Shown in pieces: positions 1-11,431 of a DNA stretch of 64,000 nt. This stretch comes from Podarcis vaucheri (Eukaryota), in NCBI GenBank assembly GCA_965113315.1, contig OZ220366.1; one strand, given 5' to 3'. The notes under the pieces were generated by a model. It was given only the letters and a program-made list of their open reading frames with translations. It did not search any database and had not been told where the DNA came from. Position numbers and translations under genes: made by a program. How positions within the stretch are numbered: position 1 is the first letter of the stretch; the number at the start of each line of letters is the position of its first letter.

Positions 1-360
1 TGCCAGCAGCGGCAGCGCTGCCGCTGCTGGCGGAGACTTGCCGGCATGCCGAAGCCTGCGCGCAGCGCGCCCAGGCTTCGCGGATCTCTCTGCCAGCAGC
101 GGCAGCTCTGCCGCTGCTGGCGGAGAGTTGCCGGCATGCCGAAGCCTGCGCGCAGCGCGCCCAGGCTTCGCGGATCTCTCTGCCAGCAGCGGCAGCTCTG
201 CCGCTGCTGGCGGAGAGTTGCCGGCATGCCGAAGCCTGCGCGGAGCGCGCCCAGGCTTCGCGGATCTCTCTGCCAGCAGCGGCAGCTCTGCCGCTGCTGG
301 CGGAGACTTGCCGGCATGCCGAAGCCTGTGCGCAGCGCGCCCAGGCTTCGCGGATCTCTC
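1..360. repeat. GC-rich 90-bp tandem repeat (4 visible copies, may continue left of window), each unit with two hairpins
   Basis: Units 1-90, 91-180, 181-270 and 271-360 are nearly identical (tgccagcagcggcag...cggatctctc). Bases 2-31 form a perfect 30-bp palindrome, and cgaagcctg...caggcttcg forms a second stem in each unit. Confidence 0.95.
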
Positions 361-681
361 CTGCCTTCAAAAGCCGTCCGGGATAGCAGGAAGCGCTTCC
401 CTGCTATCCCGGACTGCTTTTAAAATGCTGGCGCTGGGGAGCAAAGCCTTTTGGCCCCCGCCAGCCTTCCTGGACCTCTTCTGAAGGCCGGAGGGGGGGG
501 AAAGGCTTTGCTCCCCACCGCTAGCATTTAAAAGAGGTCCCCGGAGATTTCCCTATGGGCTTTCGTCTTGCGAAGCAAGCCCATAGGGGAATTCGTCTTG
601 CGAGGCAAATCGCGGACGAAAAAACCTTTCGTCTAGCGAGTTTTTTGTCTTGCGAGGCATTCGTCTTGCGGGGCACTACTG
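1..681. mobile_element. Right part of a long non-autonomous Tc1/mariner-pogo (Tigger-like) element, CGTCTTGCG family, carrying the 90-bp array
   Basis: Ends ...cgtcttgcggggcactactg|TA (681|682-683). Bases 548-681 closely match the complete MITEs at 37932-38200 and 41029-41347. The left end is outside the window. Confidence 0.75.
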
Positions 682-2408
682 TATTGGTTTCCGACAATTT
701 GCACCAACAAGGCAAATACCTTCAGGTTGGGCCTGAGACACATCTCTCCAGCCCTCTTCACACATAAGAAGGGACTGCAAATATGCATCTCCGGCACCAT
801 CCTGAGCTTGCGTGACTCCTCAGCTAATCCCCTTATGTCTGTTTGGACACCTGTAAGGGAAAGCCTACATCCATCCATTCATTCTGGAATCCCAATCATG
901 CATGGTTCCAAAAATTCATTGAAAACATTTGCAGATAGAAGTCTACACATGCAAAGTTTTTCCTCCTGAGAAGTCATGCAAGCTTCGTGAGGAGGCTGAA
1001 GTGTGAAGGGAGCTTATGCTATACTTACTGTGAGAGAAAACAGTGGCTTTGTTTTTTAGAGGAGAAATTGATTCATGTATAGAAATATAATAAATGTAAT
1101 GTTCCCTGTATATATTAATTTGAAAAATATCTATAGAGGGAAAACTACTGTTAGGCTGCATAACCTAACCATACTGTGTAGATATCAGCGGTGTGTTACT
1201 GAGCCTCCCATAAATGTTTTTCACAAATCATAAATTGTTATGTTACATGGGATGGGTCCAGTGTAGTTGCTGAAATAATTCACTTTGATCTGACTGAACA
1301 TTGAAATTGGGCGGGGGAATAATCTAATAACTGTATAATTCAGGAGTAGCGACAGATCTGTATTTTCAAAGCTTAGATTAAAAACTACACTGGAGATAGG
1401 ATTTGGCTTTTATATTAAAAATAGATGCCTTCAGCAACAGCTGTAAGTAACAGAATACTGCCATATATATGGTTGCATTTCTATTCTATAATATAGTTAT
1501 TTTACATCTATGGAAGTAACTTCTCTGATGTTAGTAGACTTAATAAAAACCATGAAGTAAGATTGATGTTGATGAAATTGTTACTGATTGTATGGAATAT
1601 TTATGATATATTGTACCCTGTACTGTATATATTGACTGCAAAGCTATGAACTAGATTTTAGGGTTTTTCTTGTCAAATAATTTTCCTGATTCTGTATTAT
1701 TGATTGGAATATCTTCACTAATTTGTCTTCAAGTGCAACTTTAACCATGATCAGACCTCAGCCCCAGAATCTTTTTTCAGAACAAGAATCGAATCCTTGC
1801 CTATGTGAAGTAATACTACTATTACTACTACATGAAGTGTCTCTTCTTATGTGCCTTTTCCTCTCTAATGAGCAGTTGCAGCTACACGCATGCTGAGAGC
1901 TCAGTAAAACTGACTAGCAGGGCAGATGACATGGCTCCCAGGCAGGCTCAGCGTCTCTTTGTTTTTAAAAATAATTCCCTGCTTTTAGTACTTGCTAGAT
2001 ATAATCCACAACAAGCTTATTTTGGTCAGTTCATATATCTTGTTACATTCTTGCTGCATGCAAATGTGCCACAATCTCATAGGAGAGTTTGAAACCCTGT
2101 ATCATATCTACAGCTTCTGTGGTTAAGTTTGAAAGAAGAGCTCCTTAATGAAACACTTACTTAAAAACAGTAAGGATATGACAGTGCATAGGGACTTAGC
2201 TTAATTATAAACTTTGCAGCCTTAGACATACATCTTTGGGGGTGGGTACTTTCGGAACTGTACTGAAACATGCACCAGAGATGCCATGGCCCAGTGTCTC
2301 TATCTTAGTAGGATAAAACCTTCAAAAGATGGCATTGACAGGTGAGCAGTTTAGGCATATTGCCGCCTTGTAAAAATGTGTTTATATAAAATATGAATGG
2401 ATTAATGA

Positions 2409-2558
<150 letters not shown>

Positions 2559-3353
2559 TAAAATTGGCTTACTTTCATTTTGTACTAAAATTAGTTTTAA
2601 GTTACTAATGCTTATATTGAGTGAAGAAAACTCTGTGATAACCAGTATACAAATACTGATTCCAAAAGCAAGCTGTAATCAGTGTCATGTTACACAGTTG
2701 TATAAAGGTAATATCTATTTGTAGAAGATTGGTGTTTGAATTTGCAGGGTTGTTTTTCTAAGATAAACCAAGAAACTGACAGAATCTTATTAATCTCAGC
2801 ATCTTGGAATACTTCTGGAAAGCTACCAGTGTTAGCAAATCACAGCTTGCCATTTGCTTGATGTAGAGCAACAGTCGGTGGGATCAAGCTGTGTTTGCCC
2901 ATCAGTGGAAAAGACTCGCTGAAGCAATGATATTTCTCCTTCCTCACCTCCGCCTGCAGCCCTTATGCACCCCCTCCCCAAAAAAATCCACCTGCTCCAG
3001 AAGACTGTGGGCAATGACAAAGGCATAGATTGCTATTATTTGGAAAGTTATATTTTCACTAACTTGTTGGCGAGTGTGCAACATTTCAGCTTACGTCAGG
3101 CTTGTGCAGGATGAGAAACAGAGAAGTTGGTTTCCCCCCCCCCCCCACTCTGCTTCTGGAGGCTGAAACGTGAGCATGGGGGCTGCCTTAAATTATTTGC
3201 AAAACCTCTGTTTGAAGAAGCTAATACTTCCTCTTTAAGAACAGGTAGTTGGTGGCAGCTGCAGTGGGGTGCGGGAAAGAAGTCCCCTAGCTACCCTGCT
3301 GCCATCCACTTACCTCTCCACTTGCCTGTTTAAAGGAGAAGCACAAGTTTCTA

Positions 3354-3597
3354 GAGAGCCAGTGTGGTGTAGTGGTTAAGAGCGGTAGCCTTGTAATCTC
3401 GGGAACCGGGTTCTCGTCTCCGCTCCTCCACATGCAGCTGCTGGGTGACCTTGGGCCAGTCACACTTCTGTGAAGTCTCTCAGCCCCACTCACCTCACAG
3501 AGTGTTTGTTGTGGGGGAGGAAGGGAAAGGAGAATGTTAGCCGCTTTGAGACTCCTTAAAGGGAGTGAAAGGTGGGATATCAAATCCAAACTCTTCT
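3354..3597 (+). mobile_element. tRNA-derived SINE, Squam3-like (Ther1/MIR-related), copy 1
   Basis: GAGAGCCAGTGTGGTGTAGTGGTTAAGAGC head, core gggtgaccttgggccagtcac, and a 3' tail tatcaaatccaaactcttct. Confidence 0.85.
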
Positions 3598-3737
3598 TTT
3601 TCGTCTAAGCTATCCTCTCCCTGGATCTAGAAGAAACTTTCTGAACATGGTGCCTGCTAGATGTTGTTAGACTACAACAATCACCAGCCCCTGCTAGCGG
3701 GCATCAGGTTGAGGATGGCTGAACTAGTCTAGCTCTT

Positions 3738-3982
3738 GAGAGCCAGTGTGGTGTAGTGGTTAAGAGCGGTAGCCTTGTAATCTCGGGAACCGGGTTCGCG
3801 TCTCCGCTCCTCCACATGCAGCTGCTGGGTGACCTTGGGCCAGTCACACTTCTCTGAAGTCTCTCAGCCCCACTCACCTCACAGAGTGTTTGTTGTGGGG
3901 GAGGAAGGGAAAGGAGAATGTTAGCCGCTTTGAGACTCCTTAAAGGGAGTGAAAGGCAGGATATCAAATCCAAACTCTTCTT
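3738..3982 (+). mobile_element. tRNA-derived SINE, Squam3-like, copy 2
   Basis: Near-identical to 3354-3597 (4 differences counted by eye). Confidence 0.85.
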
Positions 3983-4825
3983 ACTTCAAACAGTGCTTTT
4001 GCAAAAGGCTTTATTCCCCTACTCATCAGCTGATGAGTGAAGATTAAATCCTGCTGCTTTATCTGAGCAATCCAATTCACTGGTGGGCACAGGGCATGCA
4101 GCCAAAGCAGCATTAAACCCTGTCCTCTTGTCCATCAGCTAATGTCACCAGTGGCATCAGCTGATCATCGAGTGGGTGTGGTTTGGGAAAAGTGGCCTTG
4201 TGGGCTAAATTGGACCTCCTAGTGGACAAAGATGGCCAATGGCCCAAAGGTTCCTTACCTCTGTAGTAAAGACTTTAGGGAAGAGGCAGATGAAATAGTA
4301 GGCAGAATCAAGGGAGCCAAAGAGAGGAAGAGATCAGAGCCAGAGGAAAGAGAGAGGGGTCGGTAATGACAGAAATATTTTAAGAAATGGAGCACTTATA
4401 GTTACTTCTCTACTGCTGCTACAGCCCTTATAGTCTTATTTTCTCATATATTCCCATTGATTTGTGAGGATCTTGCGAATTCACTTAACTTTTTGTATTC
4501 TCTTCCAGACACTGCAAACACTGCTTCCACTTTGTTAGGCATTCCTTATAGGGCAGGGAAACTGAACGTGATGGTGTCATGTTAGATTTTGTTTTATTGC
4601 AAGTGGTTGAAAGAAAGAGGAAATTGAGGTTTGCTGCTTCAGGCAGCAACTAAGCATCTCAGCATCTTTCATGTTGGTCTGTGCTATGTACTATCTTCAT
4701 ACACTAACAATAAATATTCTTCTGTGGCTATGATTTGATCTTAACTAACTGTAGAAAATGTAAACACTTTTTTCATTAGGTTTTTTTTTGTGCCATTAAA
4801 AAATGTTTTTTTTTTCTCATTTTAG

Positions 4826-4881
4826 TGCTAGTGATGCTCTTAAAGGAGAAGGTTTGCAAGAAGGTGTAGACTGGCTTCAAG
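4826..4881 (+). CDS. ARL6: ARL6 coding exon (56 bp)
   Basis: ttttag|T GCT AGT GAT...CTT CAA G|gtacat. Encodes (C)ASDALKGEGLQEGVDWLQ; phase fits the preceding exon. Confidence 0.97.
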
Positions 4882-4986
4882 GTACATTTCATCATGCTTT
4901 GCATTACCAGCTTCCCTTTTCCATTCATTTTGTAGTCTTTTCTGTCATTTCATTTTGCTTTTCCCTCAATCTATTTTTGCTATCAG

Positions 4987-4999
4987 ATCAGATTACACA
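4987..4999 (+). CDS. ARL6: ARL6 13-nt alternative microexon (BBS3L-type long isoform)
   Basis: Pyrimidine tract, then tgctatcag|ATCAGATTACACA|gtgagt. Inclusion shifts the last exon to give DQITQSDPGNEDMKNQ*, resembling the recalled human BBS3L C-terminus (..IQSDPDCEDMKR). Confidence 0.85.
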
Positions 5000-5530
5000 G
5001 TGAGTATACTCATCAAACTTGGCTATTTGGATCCCTGTGTGTTACACTTTATATTTTTAGCAAAAATACCTCCCTTTAAAACTTCCCATTTAAATTAAGC
5101 AAATATATGGACAGTATTGTTACTCCTAAATTAAGACTAAGAAATAGTGCTTGTGGTCTGAGTACAATGCTATAAGCGTGGAATGTATGATTCTTTTATT
5201 TGTTTACAACAGAAAGCAAGTAGCATTATGATGTAGATTACAAAAAGCTAAAGCATTTAGTAAAATATGGCAGCTTTTATGCTGTGCATACCAGAGAATT
5301 TTCAAAATGACTAGATGATTTCTAGGTCTAGAGATAATTGCATTTTCAAGTCTCATTCTCGCTGTCTGCTCTCGTTGACTGAATGAGTCTTGAGAAGTTT
5401 TATGCAGCATTCAAGCATCCCACATTATTATCCTCCACTATCCTTTGGTGTAAGTTATCATAATTAATGTTTAATATCTACCATTGTTTGGGCTTTAATA
5501 GTGATACTGTCTCTCTTCATTTAATTTATT

Positions 5531-5610
5531 ATGATGATGATGATGATGATGATTATTATTATTATTATTATTATTATTTAAATGCCACCCATCTGACTGG
5601 GTTGCCCCAT
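5531..5610 (-). repeat. (GAT)n(TAT)n microsatellite joined to a very short L2 3'-end remnant
   Basis: The repeat run is followed by cacccatctgactgggttgcccc, similar to the L2 3' end at 8887-8915. Confidence 0.65.
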
Positions 5611-5987
5611 AACACATTATTTAGTAAATAAATTAATTTATATAATCAACATTTATTTTTATTCCAATGATCACTGTTTTGGAATGGAATATTCTTATAG
5701 GAAATTACTGGTTTACATAGAGTGGCAAGCTCTTTTGCATGCTTTTTAGAAGCTTTGCTCTAAGCTTTGGCCTTAGTTGAGTACAGTGTTTTATTTAAAA
5801 TACACCGCTAGATGTCAGCAGAGACTAAAAGATGAGAGGCAGAGAAGCACCATTTAGTATATTGGCTGTGTGAAGATCCATGTTTACACACTGTAGTGCT
5901 GATCCATAAGAACATTTCTATGAAGGAGGCGCAGGTTATAGTTTATATTTCAAGGCTCTATAAAATAGCTCAGAAGCCTTAATACTA

Positions 5988-6222
5988 CAGTGGTACCTCA
6001 GGTTACAGACACTTCAGGTTACAGACACTTCAAGGTTATAGACTCCACTAACCCAGAAATATTACCTCGGGTTAAGAACTTTGCTTCAGGATGAGAACAG
6101 AAATTGCGCAGCGGCGGCAGCGGTAGGCCCCATTAGCTAAAGTGGTACTTCAGGTTAAGAACAGTTTCAGGTTAAGAATGGATCTCCAGAACAAATTAAG
6201 TTCTTAACCCGAGGTACCACTG
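5988..6222. mobile_element. Tigger-like MITE, CAGGTTA family
   Basis: TA|CAGTGGTACCTC...GAGGTACCACTG|TA terminal inverted repeats with TA duplication; homologous to 12769, 14518, 29463 and 48840. Confidence 0.92.
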
Positions 6223-6246
6223 TACTAGAATTCTGTGGCGAATATA

Positions 6247-6504
6247 CCGTATTTTTCGTTCTATAAGACGCACCAGACCACAAGAGGCACCTAGTTTTTG
6301 GAGGAGGAAAACAAGAGAAAAAAAATTTGAATCTCAGAAGCCAAAACAGCAAGAGGGATCGCTGCACAGTGAAAGCAACAATCCCTCTTGCTGTTCTGGC
6401 TTCTGTGATAGCTGCGCAGTCTGCATTCGCTCCATAAGACCCACACACATTTCTCCTTACTTTTTAGGAGGGAAAAAGTGAGTCTTATAGAGCAAGAAAT
6501 ACGG
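6247..6504. mobile_element. Tc1/mariner-superfamily MITE with CCGTATTT termini
   Basis: TA|CCGTATTTTTCGTTCTATAAGAC...GTCTTATAGAGCAAGAAATACGG|TA; related copy at 60407-60818. Confidence 0.88.
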
Positions 6505-6554
6505 TAATTAAATAAAAACAGCATTTTAACATCAACTTTATTTGTTTTACCTAG

Positions 6555-6591
6555 ATCAGATCCAGGCAATGAAGACATGAAAAACCAATGA
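6555..6591 (+). CDS. ARL6: ARL6 terminal coding exon; short isoform stops at 6578-6580 (DQIQAMKT*), long isoform at 6589-6591
   Basis: ttttacctag|ATCAGATCCAGGCAATGAAGACATGA AAAACCAATGA; human short C-terminus recalled as DQIQTVKT. Confidence 0.95.
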
Positions 6592-7134
6592 GTTATGAAA
6601 ATGTCATAAAGATAATTTCTAGATGTACATGATGACCTCTTGAAGATGAAGACTTTTTATAGGTCTGTTTTCTTCTGTTGGCTTTTATAAAAGCCCAATA
6701 AAAAAATAATAAATATTTTTGTAACAAAATGTAGTAGCTCAAATGCACATTCATCATACTGAAGGAAAAAATACATGTGGTTTGGTAGAATAATAAAATC
6801 ATTGTATGTAGTCTAAAAATGCTGGTGGATTTTTGAGTTAGGGGCTCAAGAGATCACATTTGACTTCCTGATTGTGCTCACCACAGTGTTTCATTCAAAA
6901 ATATGCAGTGAGATGGACCTTTACCAGAATGTAAAAGTTTTCTCTTGCTTAGAAAACAGCTATTTAAATTTTACACACCATATTTCAGTAAAAATTTGGT
7001 TGAATGCGTTTACTCCGAGCCTGCATGCAATCCTGTATTTTTATAAGCAGTTGTGGATGTTTATGAATAATATGTACTGTTGATATGTACTGGACTATAT
7101 TGTGTTCTATAAGAAGTGAAACAATATTTTCATA

Positions 7135-7140
7135 AATAAA
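7135..7140 (+). terminator. Candidate ARL6 polyadenylation signal (one of several AATAAA in the AT-rich 3' UTR)
   Basis: AATAAA about 550 nt after the stop; other AATAAA hexamers lie near 6697-6712 and 6792. The one actually used cannot be determined from sequence. Confidence 0.35.
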
Positions 7141-8844
7141 ATATGTTACTAAATACCTACTGTGCTTTTAAGATAATACGTTGAATATCAGCCAAGAACT
7201 AAAATAGTCTGTTACACATATTAAATCATCTTTTTGTTTTATAAAACTTTGCAGTGTATTATTCATTTTTTTGCTTGGTTCCTTTAATGCTAATATTTCA
7301 TTCATTAATACAATACATAATCTGTACATTAAACTAAGCTAGACCAAAACCATCTATTTAGCACTGTACAGTTGGTTCTGGATGAGCTTCCTACTATGAA
7401 AGGAGAAGGTTCTAGTTCCAGTCCTCTCTTCAAAACAGTCTAATGTACACATGATTTTGTGAACTTATTGAACTTCGCACATTTTAAAGGTACGTCAAAC
7501 CTGTGGTTACTTTTGATTATGTCTGATCTCTTCAAGTGAGATAGTTTTGCATGGATTTCCTCGCCCCCGTCCCAGATCCAGCCAGTGGGGAATCTGGTTT
7601 CTGAATCCACACCCAAAATAGTAATGCAGGTAACCAAATATATGTTGGTATATAAATTGTGTTCCCTTCCTGTAGCTTATATATACTGGTATGATGCTTG
7701 ATTAGCTACTGGACTTGTCACAATTATGTCCTTCATTTTACCTGGTCACTGAACTATGTATATCATTAAGTATTGTGTTTTCTATTTTGGGGTGAACAGA
7801 AGATGCAGTAGATGGAGGTATAATGGTAGATGGGGATCCAATGGTAGATCTTTATGCAGTATTTTTCAGTAAATTAACAAGGGTTTCTGGCCCCTTTACA
7901 ATGAAAAGAACTATAAAGTTCCTTTCTCTCCTTAAATTACACTGCTGAAATAAAATTAGGCTGCTGAAATGAAGAAAACTTGAGGTAACCAGGAGTGAAA
8001 TTTGTGTGAATGTACTGAGCTCTGTTCAGTTCTGATAATGAAAACATATCTCTAGGCTCAGAGGCCCTGTTTTTTAATTCCAATAGTATGTCTTCTGCAC
8101 CTGGGTCTTGTTACAGATCTTGATGTTCTTCTAAAACACCAAATTAGATCTGACAAGCTTGAAGTCTGCTCAACCCTGCCATACGCTAACATTTCACTAG
8201 TGCTTAATGTATAGTATGTTGAATTAAACTAACCAAATCACTCTCATTGCTGTGGTCTTCATTGCCCACCTTTTAGCCTTGTAACTGCATTGGCACAGCT
8301 GCACAGTAGTAAGGTATAAACACTTTCTACCAATGCAACCCAACTTCTGAAAGCTGGGCAAGTGTAGTGTGGCAACTAGTTGCCCTGCACTGCAAGCTTA
8401 TCTCATGTCTTTGGGTCCAAGGATAAGTTTGTGGTGTTCAGTACTCTTTCTTTGTGGATAATAATATTAATGCAGTTTTAAAAAATAATGTATTTTCCTT
8501 ACTGCATAGGAAAGATGTTCATAATAAAAGCTGTTCCTGCCTGCCCTCTCCAGCCAATAAGGCATTTGGTAACAGTTACAACTTAGTATATGCTTCTCAA
8601 ACTCTCTTCTGATATTTGGAACAGAGTTCTGACCTTTGGGGGATACACAGAAATTGGGGGGAAAGTGGGCAACACGTAGCAGAATGTTACTACAGAAGGC
8701 ACTGTTCAGAGTCCTTGTAAATATGCATCACAACAAATAAACATGCATAAATACATAATTTAATTTGCATGCAACCTTTCCACAGTTCAACCGTACTCAG
8801 TGTGGCTTAAAGCATGAAAAAAATACATAACTCCAATATAACAA

Positions 8845-11431
8845 AATAATAATAATAATATAATAATAATAATTTATTATTTATACCCCGCCCATCTGGC
8901 TGGGCCTCCCCAGCCACTCTGGGCGGCTTCCATAAGAACCAAAAATACAATAAAATATCACACGTTAAAAACTTCCCTGAACAGGGCTGCCTTAAGATGT
9001 CTCCTGAATGTCAGGTAGTTGTTTATCGCCTTGACATCTGCTGGAAGGGTGTTCCACAGGGCGGGCGCCACTACCGAGAAGGCCCTCTGCCTGGTTCCCT
9101 GTAGCTTTGCTTCTCGCAATGAGGGAACCGCCAGAAGGCCCTCGGCGCTGGACCTCAGCGTCCGGGCAGAATGATGGGGGTGGAGACGCTCCTTCAGGTA
9201 TACTGGACCGAGGCCGTTTAGGGCTTTAAAGGTCAGCACCAACACTTTGAATTGTGCTCGGAAACGTACTGGGAGCCAATGCAGGTCTTTCAAGACCGGT
9301 GTTATATGGTCTCGGCGGCCGCTCCCAGTCACCAGTCTAGCTGCCGCATTCTGGATTAGTTGTAGTTTCCGAGTCACCTTCAAAGGTAGCCCCACGTAGA
9401 GTGCATTGCAGTAGTCCAAGCGGGAGATAACCAGAGCATGCACCACTCTCGCGAGACAGTCCGCAGGCAGATAGGGTCTCAGCCTACGTACCAGATGGAG
9501 CTGGTAAACAGCTGCCCTGGACACAGATTTGACCTGTGCCTCCATGGACAGCTGTGAGTCCAAAATGACTCCCAGGCTGCGCACCTGGTCCTTCAGGGGC
9601 ACAGTTACCCCATTCAGGACCAGGGAATCCTCCACACCTGCCCGCCTTCTGTCCCCCAAGAACAGTACTTCTGTCTTGTCAGGATTCAACCTCAATCTGT
9701 TAGCCGCCATCCATCCTCCAACCGCCTCCAGACACTCACACAGGACCTTCACCGCCTTCACTGGTTCTGATTTAAAAGAGAGGTAGAGCTGGGTATCATC
9801 CGCATACTGATGAACACCCAGCCCAAACCTCCTGATGATCTCTCCCAGCGGCCGCATGTAGATGTTGAAAAGCATGGGGGAGAGGACAGAACCCTGAGGC
9901 ACCCCACAAGTGAGAGCCCAGGGGTCTGAACACTCATCCCCCACCACCACTTTCTGAACACGGCCCAGGAGGAAGGAGCGGAACCACTGTATAACAGTGC
10001 CCCCAGCTCCCAGCCCCTCAAGACGGTCCAGAAGGATGCTATGGTCGATGGTATCGAACGCCGCTGAGAGATCCAGCAGAACTAGGAAACAGCTCTCACC
10101 TTTGTCCCTAGCCCGCCGGAGATCATCAACCAGTGCGACCAAGGCAGTTTCAGTCCCATGATGAGGCCTGAATCCCGACTGGAAGGGATCCAAATGGTCC
10201 GCTTCTTCCAGGCGTGCCTGGAGTTGTTCGGCAACCGCTCGCTCAATCACCTTGCCCAGGAATGGAAGATTTGAGACTGGGCGATAGTTGGCCATCGTGG
10301 CCGCATCTAGAGATGGTTTTTTAAGAAGCGGTTTAATAACCGCCTCTTTCAGCGGGTCTGGGAAGGCCCCCTCACGGAGGGAAGCATTCACCACCCCACG
10401 AAGCCCATCGCCCAGCCCTTCCCGGCTTGCTTTTATTAGCCAGGATGGGCAAGGATCCAGGAGACAGGTGGTTGGTTTCACTCGTCCAAGCAGCCTGTCC
10501 ACATCCTCGGAGGCAACAGATTGGAATTGATCCCACTCAACTTGACCAGACAGAACTCTTGCACTCTCCCGCCCCAGCCCTGCTCCCACGGTGGAGTCTA
10601 CTTCTTCCCGAATCTGAGCGGTTTTATCTGCAAAAAACTTTGCAAAATCATTGCAGGAGAACATGTGGCCCGTACTGGGCCCCGATGTTGCAGGTGGTTC
10701 CGCTAAATTGTGAACCACCTGAAAAAGTCTCCTGCTGCTGTTTTCTGCAGATGCAATAGAGGCGGTGAAGAAATTCTTCTTCGCCGTTGCTATCGCCACT
10801 TGGTAGGCTCGACGTTGAGCTCTAACCTGTGTCCGGTCAGATTCGGAATGAGTTCTCCGCCACCGGCGCTCTAGCCGTCTCAACGATTGTTTCATTGCCC
10901 TCAGATCCGTGGAAAACCACGGGGCTGTCCGGGCTCCATGCAATCGGAGAGGGCGCTTCGGAGCCAAACAGTCAATAGCCCTGGTTAACTCCACATTCCA
11001 GCGGGCCACCAGGGAATCAGCTGAAAGGCCATCAACATGGGATAAAGCATCCCCTACCACTCTCTGGAAACCATTTGGATCCATTAAGTGGCGGGGGCGG
11101 ACCATCCGAATTGGTCCCACCTCCCTGCAGAGGGGATGGGTCGCAGAGAAGTCCAGTTGCACCAGGAAGTGATCTGACCATGGCACTTCTTTCGTTTCGC
11201 TTTTACTTAGTGTCAGATCACCAACATCCATAGAGGTAAACACCAGGTCCAAGGCATGTCCACGGCTATGGGTTGGGCCAGACTTATTCAGGGACAGCCC
11301 CATGGAGGCCATGCTTTCCACGAAGTCCCGAGCGGCCCCTTGTAAGGTCGTGTCGGCATGGATGTTAAAATCCCCTAGGACGACCAAGCTAGGTGTCTCC
11401 AGGAGAACATCCGCCACGACCTGAAGCAGCT
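8845..11431 (-). mobile_element. Young 5'-truncated L2-clade LINE with (TTA)n tail
   Basis: Uninterrupted ORF2 fragment with APE C-terminus (GDFN, HALDLVF, WSDH) and RT motifs (YRPVSNL, QSGFR, DLSAAFD, GVPQGSVLSP, YADD). It has an L2-type C-terminus (LQLIQNAAARL..LHWLP..RAFSVVAPALWN), a short 3' UTR and a microsatellite tail at 8845-8872. Confidence 0.93.
8958..11431 (-). CDS. L2 ORF2 (partial endonuclease plus complete reverse transcriptase), N-terminally truncated
   Basis: ORF track 8958..11453 (831 aa). The first few codons come from flanking DNA, so this copy cannot make a full ORF2. Confidence 0.85.

Noticed and set aside
1-360. CRISPR-like array of palindromic repeats
   Set aside because: Units are contiguous and near-identical with no unique spacers, there are no cas genes, and the context is a vertebrate intron.
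38-484. 148-aa and 125-aa repetitive ORFs
   Set aside because: By-products of a GC-rich 90-bp (multiple of 3) tandem repeat; no protein similarity recognised.
9529-11172. Several + strand ORFs of 60-110 aa
   Set aside because: Antisense shadows of the L2 ORF2.
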